Source: Rhabdothermincola salaria (lineage in GTDB: Bacteria; Actinomycetota; Acidimicrobiia; Acidimicrobiales; Acidimicrobilacustridaceae). Taken from it: 64,000 nt of DNA. The stretch lies in contig NZ_JAJQXW010000002.1 of NCBI RefSeq assembly GCF_021246445.1, positions 620,001 to 684,000 of the forward strand, in the 5' to 3' direction. The notes under the pieces were generated by a model. It did no database searches. It saw nothing but the letters and a program-made list of their open reading frames with translations, and was not told the origin of the DNA. Position 1 is the first letter of the stretch; each line of letters begins with the position of its first letter. Both the position numbers and the translations under genes were made by a program. Below, in pieces: positions 57,926 through 64,000 of the stretch.

Positions 57926-59395
57926 TCAGCCGGTCCGGGTGAGCGCGAGCACGGCCACGTCGTCGCGACCCCCCGGGGCCCGCAGGCGGTCGAGGCGCCC
58001 GACGAGCTGGTCGGAGGTGGCGCCGGCCAGGAGGCGGGCGACGTCGACGCCTCCGCCCGGGCCGTCGGTGAGGCCATCGGTGTAGACGACGAGGGAGTCG
58101 CCGGCGCGGAGGTGCACCTCGGTCGGGTCGAGGGCCAGGTCGGGAAGGGCGCCGAGCACCGTGGTGGAGGCCTCGAGGGCCTCCACCTCGCCGTCGCCGC
58201 GCACGAGCAACGGCACCGGGTGGCCGGCCACGACGACGCTGGCGCGGCCGGAGCCCTGGCGACCGGCGGCCAGCACGGCGGTGCAGAACAGGCCCGGCTC
58301 CCGGAGGGCGACGATGGCGCGGTCGATCATGGCGGCCGTCTCGGCCGGCGAGCTGCCGTGGAGGGCGGCGGCCCGGAACGTGTGGCGAGCCGCGGTCGCC
58401 ACCGCCGCGGCCTGCACCCCCTTGCCGGACACGTCGCCGACGACGGCCATCCAGTGGTCACCGTCGACCACCACGTCGTAGAAGTCCCCGGCCACGGTGT
58501 CGTGGGCCGAAGGTCGGAACCAGGCTCGGGCTTCGAAGCCGTGGATGCGAGGCAGGTCGGGTGGCAGCAGGGTGCGCTGGAGCTCGTCGGCCACGGCGTG
58601 CTCGCGCTCGTGGAGGCGGGCTCGGGCCACGGCGTGGGCGATGTTGGCGGCGGCGAGGGACAGGGCCTCCACGTCCTCGTCGTCGAGGGCGGCCTCCGGT
58701 CCGAGGTCGGTCACCAGCACCCCCACCGGCCCGGCGGGGGCCGAGAGCCGGGCGGCGATGACCCCGGTGCGATCGACGAAGGTGCCGCCGTGGTCGAACA
58801 GCTCGTCGGCGCGCATGCGCAGCTCGTCGTCGACCAGGCGGTGCCCCGACCACCACTCCTCGCGGGTTCCGTGCCCCCCGTCGTCGAGGCTGAGGGTGAG
58901 CAGCGATCGGGTGGCGCCGAGCGAATCGCGACACCAGTCGAGCGAGGCGGCCATGACCTCCTCGACCCCGGTGGCCCGGGACAGACCCTCCATGAGCTGG
59001 GCCAGGTGGGTGCTGCGGGCACTGCGCCCCTCGGCGAGGCGGCGCACCCGGTCGCGTGAGCGCACCAGGACGACGAGCACGACGGCCGCGGCGAAGAAGG
59101 CCACGAGGGCGCCCACGTCCCCGGCGTCGTCGACGGACAGCTCCCGTCGGGGAGGCAGCACCGCCCAGAGCAGGCCGGCCGATGCGGTGAGCACGGCCAG
59201 GGCACCGGCCCTCCACCCGCCCACGAGGGAGGCGACGGCCACGACGAGCATGTACCAGGCGCCCGCGAAGTACTGGCGGGGTTGGCCGGCGATCGACAGC
59301 ACGGCGGTGACGCCGAAGCCGCCGAGCACCGCGATCACCCAGCCGGCGGCCTCACGGGTGCGCTCCGCACTGCGATCCGTGACGAGGACTGGCAC
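57926..59395 (-). CDS. Membrane SpoIIE/RsbU-type PP2C phosphatase (DUF4118-like TM region, GAF-like domain, PP2C domain)
   Basis: Four TM helices, LQRTLLP, GDFYD, GDVSGKG, AGHP, YTDGL and DDVA motifs. Confidence 0.9.
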   Translation of the reverse strand: MPVLVTDRSAERTREAAGWVIAVLGGFGVTAVLSIAGQPRQYFAGAWYMLVVAVASLVGGWRAGALAVLTASAGLLWAVLPPRRELSVDDAGDVGALVAFFAAAVVLVVLVRSRDRVRRLAEGRSARSTHLAQLMEGLSRATGVEEVMAASLDWCRDSLGATRSLLTLSLDDGGHGTREEWWSGHRLVDDELRMRADELFDHGGTFVDRTGVIAARLSAPAGPVGVLVTDLGPEAALDDEDVEALSLAAANIAHAVARARLHEREHAVADELQRTLLPPDLPRIHGFEARAWFRPSAHDTVAGDFYDVVVDGDHWMAVVGDVSGKGVQAAAVATAARHTFRAAALHGSSPAETAAMIDRAIVALREPGLFCTAVLAAGRQGSGRASVVVAGHPVPLLVRGDGEVEALEASTTVLGALPDLALDPTEVHLRAGDSLVVYTDGLTDGPGGGVDVARLLAGATSDQLVGRLDRLRAPGGRDDVAVLALTRTG

Positions 59396-59446
59396 GTGTC
59401 CCTGGCTAGCACGCCCGCCCGGGACATCGGCGGCAGAGGGGATCGG

Positions 59447-60703
59447 TCAGCGGGCCACGCCGAGGTCGCCGGAGGTGGGCTCGGCGGCGGCCGCCTCGAG
59501 GTAGGGGCGCAGCTCGCGGCGAGCCAGCTGCATGCGGTGCACCTCGTCGGGGCCGTCGGCGAAGCGCAGGGTGCGCAGACCGGCCCACATGCCCGCCAGG
59601 GGGAAGTCCTGGGAGACGCCACCCCCGCCGTGGGCCTGGATGGCCCGGTCGACCACGCGCAGAGCGATGTTGGGGGCGACGACCTTGATGGCCGAGATCT
59701 CGACCCGGGCCCCCTTGTTGCCCACGGTGTCCATGAGCCAGGCCGCCTTCATGGTGAGCAGACGGGCCTGCTCGATCTCGATGCGGCTGTCGGCGATCCA
59801 CTCCTGGATCACGCCCTGCTCGGCGAGGCGCTTGCCGAACGCCACGCGATCGGCGACCCGGGCGCACATGAGCTCGAGGGCCCGTTCGGCGATGCCGATG
59901 CAGCGCATGCAGTGGTGGATGCGGCCCGGCCCCAGGCGGGCCTGGGCCAGGGCGAACCCGCTGCCCTCCTCCCCGAGGATGTTGGCGGCCGGCACCCGCA
60001 CGTCGTCGAAGCGCAGCTCGCAGTGCCCCTCGCGGTCGTTGTAGCCGAACACCAGCAGGTCGCGGACGATGGTCAGGCCCGGGGTGTCCATGGGCACCAG
60101 CACCATGGACTGCTGGTTGTAGGTGGGCGCGTCGGGGTCGGTCTTGCCCATGACGATGGCGACCTCGCAGCGGGGGTTGGCCGCCCCCGAGATCCACCAC
60201 TTACGACCGTTCAGGACGTACTCGTCGCCCTCGCGGCGGATCGAGAGCTGGATGTTCTTGGCGTCGCTCGAGGCCACGTCGGGCTCGGTCATGGCGAAGC
60301 AGGAGCGGATCTCGCCCTCGAGCAGCGGGACCAGCCACCGCTCCTTCTGCTCGGGCGTGCCGAACAGGGCGAGGATCTCCATGTTGCCCGTGTCCGGTGC
60401 GGCGGAGTTCACGGCCTCGGGACCGAGCGGACTGCGTCCGGTGATCTCGGCGAGCGGCGCGTAGTCGGTGTTCGACACCGGGTCCGGGGTCCACTCGGTG
60501 CGGTGGGGCATGAACAGGTTCCACAGGCCCCGGTCCTTGGCCTCGGCCTTGAGCTCCTCCATCACCGGAGGATGGAAGTGGGGGTCGCCCGAGGCGGCCA
60601 TCTGCTCGGCGAACACGGGCTCGGCGGGGTACACGGCCTCGTCCATGAAGGCGAGGAGGCGCGCGTGGAGATCGGCGGCGCGGGGACTGAGGTCGAAGTC
60701 CAT
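59447..60703 (-). CDS. Acyl-CoA dehydrogenase (FadE2/ACAD10-11-like)
   Basis: [28 protein letters not shown] and ADGPDEVH motifs. Confidence 0.94.
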   Translation of the reverse strand: MDFDLSPRAADLHARLLAFMDEAVYPAEPVFAEQMAASGDPHFHPPVMEELKAEAKDRGLWNLFMPHRTEWTPDPVSNTDYAPLAEITGRSPLGPEAVNSAAPDTGNMEILALFGTPEQKERWLVPLLEGEIRSCFAMTEPDVASSDAKNIQLSIRREGDEYVLNGRKWWISGAANPRCEVAIVMGKTDPDAPTYNQQSMVLVPMDTPGLTIVRDLLVFGYNDREGHCELRFDDVRVPAANILGEEGSGFALAQARLGPGRIHHCMRCIGIAERALELMCARVADRVAFGKRLAEQGVIQEWIADSRIEIEQARLLTMKAAWLMDTVGNKGARVEISAIKVVAPNIALRVVDRAIQAHGGGGVSQDFPLAGMWAGLRTLRFADGPDEVHRMQLARRELRPYLEAAAAEPTSGDLGVAR

Positions 60704-60813
60704 GGGCGGACCCTTCGTCGAGGTGCGAGGCGGTTCGACCGTAGCTCCGCTCGGGGCGTCGCCCGAGGGCCGGCGATTGACAGCGGCAGCGCAGTGGGCC
60801 AACCCTGTCGCCC

Positions 60814-63609
60814 ATGGCAGGTCCCCTCGTCATCGTCGAGTCCCCGGCAAAGGCCAAGAAGATCCAGGCCTTCCTCGGCCAGGACGCCCAGGTCGCCGCC
60901 GCGCCCACGGTGCTGGCGTCGATCGGTCACGTCCGGGACCTGGCCCGACGGGCCAAGGAGCTGCCGGCCGCGGTCCAGAAGGAGAAGTGGGCCCGACTGG
61001 CCATCGACACCGACAACGGCTTCAAGGCCTACTACGTCGTCCCCGAGAACAAGAAGAGCGTCATCACCGAGCTCAAGCGGGCCATGAAGGACGCCGACGC
61101 CCTCTACCTCGCCACGGATGAGGATCGCGAGGGCGAGGCCATCGCCTGGCACCTGCTCGAGGTCCTCAAGCCGCCGAGCACCATGCCGGTGCACCGCATG
61201 GTCTTCCACGAGATCACGGCCCCCGCCATCCGTGAGGCGTTCGCCAACCCCCGTGAGCTCAACAACCGGCTGGTCGATGCCCAGGAGACCCGTCGCCTCC
61301 TCGACCGCCTCTACGGCTACGACGTCTCGGAGGTGGCCTGGAAGAAGGTCAACCCCGGGCTCTCCGCCGGCCGGGTGCAGAGCGTCGCCACCCGCCTGGT
61401 GGTGGAGCGCGAGCGCGAGATCATGGCGTTCGTCCCCGCCGGCTACTGGGACCTCGAGGGGGTCTTCGCCGCCGCGGCGGCGGCCGGCGACACCGAGGAG
61501 GCCCCGGCGTTCGGGGCCAAGCTGGTCGCCCTCGACGGCACCCGGTTGGCGTCGGGTGGGGACTTCTCCCAGCAGGGCGAGCTCACCCGCGACGATCGCC
61601 TCGTCCTCGACGAGACCGGGGCCCGCACGTTGGCGACCGAGCTGGAGGACGCACCGTTCTCCGTGCGGTCCGTGGAGTCCAAGCCGTACCGCAAGCGGCC
61701 GTTCGCCCCGTTCATCACCTCCACCCTGCAGCAGGTGGCCGGTCGGGCCCTCAAGATCTCGGCCAAGCAGGTCATGTCGATGGCCCAGCGCCTGTACCAG
61801 GACGGCTACATCACCTACATGCGAACCGACTCCACGGCGCTGTCGAGCGGCGCCGTCGAGGCGGCGCGCGCCGAGGCCACCGAGCGCTTCGGCGCCGCGT
61901 CGGTGCCGTCGGCCCCGCGCAGCTACGCCAAGAAGGTGGCCAACGCCCAGGAGGCCCACGAGGCCATCCGTCCGTCCGGCGACCGCTTCCGCAGCCCCGA
62001 GGAGGTGGCGCGCGAGGTGCAACCCGGCGACGCCCGCCTCTACGAGCTGATCTGGCGCCGCACCGTGGCCAGCCAGATGAACGACGCCATCGGCGAGACC
62101 GTCACCGTGCGCCTCGGTGCGCTCACCGGGTCGGGGCGCGATGCCGAGTTCTCCGCCGCCGGCACCGTCATCACCGATCGCGGCTGGATGCAGGTGGAGC
62201 CGTGGCGCAGCGACGACGACGAGGAGCGCCGCCTCCCGGCCCTCACCGCCGGCGACGCGCTCGACGCCAGCGACCTGTCGGCCGAGGGCCACACCACCAA
62301 GGCCCCCGCTCGCTTCACCGAGGCCAGCCTGGTGGCCAAGCTCGAGGAGATCGGCGTCGGCCGTCCCTCCACCTACGCCTCCATCATGGAGACCATCCAG
62401 AACCGCGGGTACGTGTGGAAGAAGGGGTCGGCGCTGGTGCCGAGCTGGACCGCCTTCGCCGTCACCACCATGCTCGAACGCCACTTCGCCGAACTGGTCG
62501 ACTACGGCTTCACCCGCGAGCTCGAGGAGGTCCTCGACGCCATCTCGGTGGGTGACGCCGAGATGGTGCCCACCCTCGAGGACTTCTACTTCGGACCGAG
62601 GGAGACGAGTGGTGAGCGCCACGGCGGCCTGCGCGACCTCGTCACCGACCGGCTGCCGGAGATCGACGCGGCGGCCATCAACACCTTCCCCATCGGCGAG
62701 GACCCTGCCGGGGTGCCGGTGGTGGCCAAGCCGGGCCGCTACGGCCCGTACGTGCAGCGCGGCACCGACACCGCCAGCATCCCCGACGACCTGCCCCCTG
62801 CCGACCTCGACGTGGAGCACGCCCTCGAGCTGCTGGCCATGCCCAAGGGCGGCAAGCCCCTCGGCGAGGACCCCGACACGGGCCTCACGGTGCTGGTGAT
62901 GAACGGGCGGTTCGGTCCCTACGTCCAGCTCGGCGAGGTCGACGACGATCCCGACGGAAAGCCCAAGCGGGCGTCGCTGTTCGCCGGGATGGACCCCCAG
63001 ACGATCGAGCTCGACGAGGCCCTGCGCCTGCTGTCACTGCCCCGGGTGGTGGGCACGGCCCCCGACGGCGACGTCATCACCGCCCAGAACGGCAAGTTCG
63101 GTCCCTACCTCACCAAGGGCGCCGACGGGAAGGACAGCCGCAGCCTGGGTGCCGAGGAGGAGCTCTTCACCGTCACCCTCGACGAGGCGCTGAAGCTCTT
63201 CGCCGAGCCCAAGCGTCGAGGCCGGGCCGCCCCCAAGCCCCCGTTGGCCGAGCTCGGGCCCGACCCGGTCACCGGCAAGCCGATGGTGGTCAAGGACGGC
63301 CGGTTCGGCCCCTACGTGACCGACGGCGAGACCAACGCCTCGTTGCGGGTCGGCGACGAACCGTCCAGCCTCAGCCCGGAGCGTGGCGCCGAGCTCCTGC
63401 AGACCCGACGCGACGCCGTGGCCAACGGCGAGGTGGGCCTGAAGAAGAAGCCGGCGAAGAAGCGAGCCACCAAGGCCGGCGCCAAGAAGAAGGCCACGAA
63501 GAAGAAGGCCACCAAGAAGAAGGCTGCGGGCGACGGGGTGAGCTCCACCGTCAGCCGCACCGTGGGGGCCCGCGCCCGCCCCGCCAAGAAGGCTCCACCG
63601 GAGCGCTGA
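60814..63609 (+). CDS. topA: DNA topoisomerase I with C-terminal repeats and Lys-rich tail
   Basis: [29 protein letters not shown], repeated G(R/K)(F/Y)GPY and KKKAT repeats. Confidence 0.98.
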   Translation: MAGPLVIVESPAKAKKIQAFLGQDAQVAAAPTVLASIGHVRDLARRAKELPAAVQKEKWARLAIDTDNGFKAYYVVPENKKSVITELKRAMKDADALYLATDEDREGEAIAWHLLEVLKPPSTMPVHRMVFHEITAPAIREAFANPRELNNRLVDAQETRRLLDRLYGYDVSEVAWKKVNPGLSAGRVQSVATRLVVEREREIMAFVPAGYWDLEGVFAAAAAAGDTEEAPAFGAKLVALDGTRLASGGDFSQQGELTRDDRLVLDETGARTLATELEDAPFSVRSVESKPYRKRPFAPFITSTLQQVAGRALKISAKQVMSMAQRLYQDGYITYMRTDSTALSSGAVEAARAEATERFGAASVPSAPRSYAKKVANAQEAHEAIRPSGDRFRSPEEVAREVQPGDARLYELIWRRTVASQMNDAIGETVTVRLGALTGSGRDAEFSAAGTVITDRGWMQVEPWRSDDDEERRLPALTAGDALDASDLSAEGHTTKAPARFTEASLVAKLEEIGVGRPSTYASIMETIQNRGYVWKKGSALVPSWTAFAVTTMLERHFAELVDYGFTRELEEVLDAISVGDAEMVPTLEDFYFGPRETSGERHGGLRDLVTDRLPEIDAAAINTFPIGEDPAGVPVVAKPGRYGPYVQRGTDTASIPDDLPPADLDVEHALELLAMPKGGKPLGEDPDTGLTVLVMNGRFGPYVQLGEVDDDPDGKPKRASLFAGMDPQTIELDEALRLLSLPRVVGTAPDGDVITAQNGKFGPYLTKGADGKDSRSLGAEEELFTVTLDEALKLFAEPKRRGRAAPKPPLAELGPDPVTGKPMVVKDGRFGPYVTDGETNASLRVGDEPSSLSPERGAELLQTRRDAVANGEVGLKKKPAKKRATKAGAKKKATKKKATKKKAAGDGVSSTVSRTVGARARPAKKAPPER

Positions 63610-63672
63610 GGCGGGAGGCGACGATGGTCGTGGGTGCCCGAACGGCCTCCGACGCGCCCCTAAGGTGAGCCG

Positions 63673-64000
63673 GTGGCCGTGCCGCGCCCTCAGTCCGAGC
63701 CGTTCGAAGAGCCCGATCGCGGCCCCGATCAGATGCCCCTGCCCGGCGTCGCCGACCTGGCCGCCACCCTGGCCGAGCACCCCGACACCGAGACGCACTT
63801 CCCGCCGTCGGCGCAGGATCGCCCGGGATGGCACGTTCGGCTCTTCGGTTCCCACGAGTTCTTCCGCCTGTGGCTGGTGCAGCTCATCTCCGCCACCGGT
63901 GACTGGCTGGCCTTCTCGGCCATCATCGTGTTGGCCACCAAGGTCGGCGGTGGGGCCGGTGCCGGGGCGGTGTCGCTGGTGATGGCGGCCCGCATCGTGC
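63673..64000 (+). CDS. MFS transporter N-terminus, 3'-truncated; probably the MFS-dTMP kinase fusion that follows topA in actinobacteria
   Basis: Frame open from GTG 63673: RLFGSHEFFRLWLVQLISATGDWLAFSAII. TAAGGT lies 6 nt upstream. Confidence 0.75.
   Translation, partial: MAVPRPQSEPFEEPDRGPDQMPLPGVADLAATLAEHPDTETHFPPSAQDRPGWHVRLFGSHEFFRLWLVQLISATGDWLAFSAIIVLATKVGGGAGAGAVSLVMAARIV

Noticed and set aside
63442..63523. Lys-rich KKKAT repeats as a novel element
   Set aside because: Known C-terminal tail of actinobacterial TopA.

Overview
High-GC actinobacterial core-chromosome segment, most consistent with class Acidimicrobiia (inferred from gene content and order). It has no transposase, integrase, prophage or CRISPR array. 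In order it contains: a caa3-type cytochrome c oxidase operon; an ABC-2 exporter; serS, a Fluc pair and pdxH; an ArsR-ArsC pair; an F420 LLM enzyme; tlpA-ccdA; whiB7 with a complete uORF/terminator/antiterminator attenuator; a lipoprotein serpin with a greatly expanded reactive loop; an Fe-S maturation cluster (apbC, sufR-like, erpA) beside a Tat lipoprotein and a miniature xanthine-oxidase-family protein; cspA; a nitrogen cluster (glnR, glnA2, glnA1, gdhA, glnE, nadE) interrupted by catabolic genes; a group-2 sigma factor; tRNA-Sec directly ahead of mscR and an MBL hydrolase; a Tad/Flp pilus operon; a DEAD/DUF1998 helicase; STAS and anti-sigma genes; a seven-gene Mrp antiporter operon with a structured leader and a probable CTG start; a PP2C phosphatase; an acyl-CoA dehydrogenase; topA; and the start of an MFS (probably MFS-tmk) gene. 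Many genes look leaderless, and three small ORFs are absent or mis-started in the ORF track. All calls come from motif recognition by eye; no searches were run.
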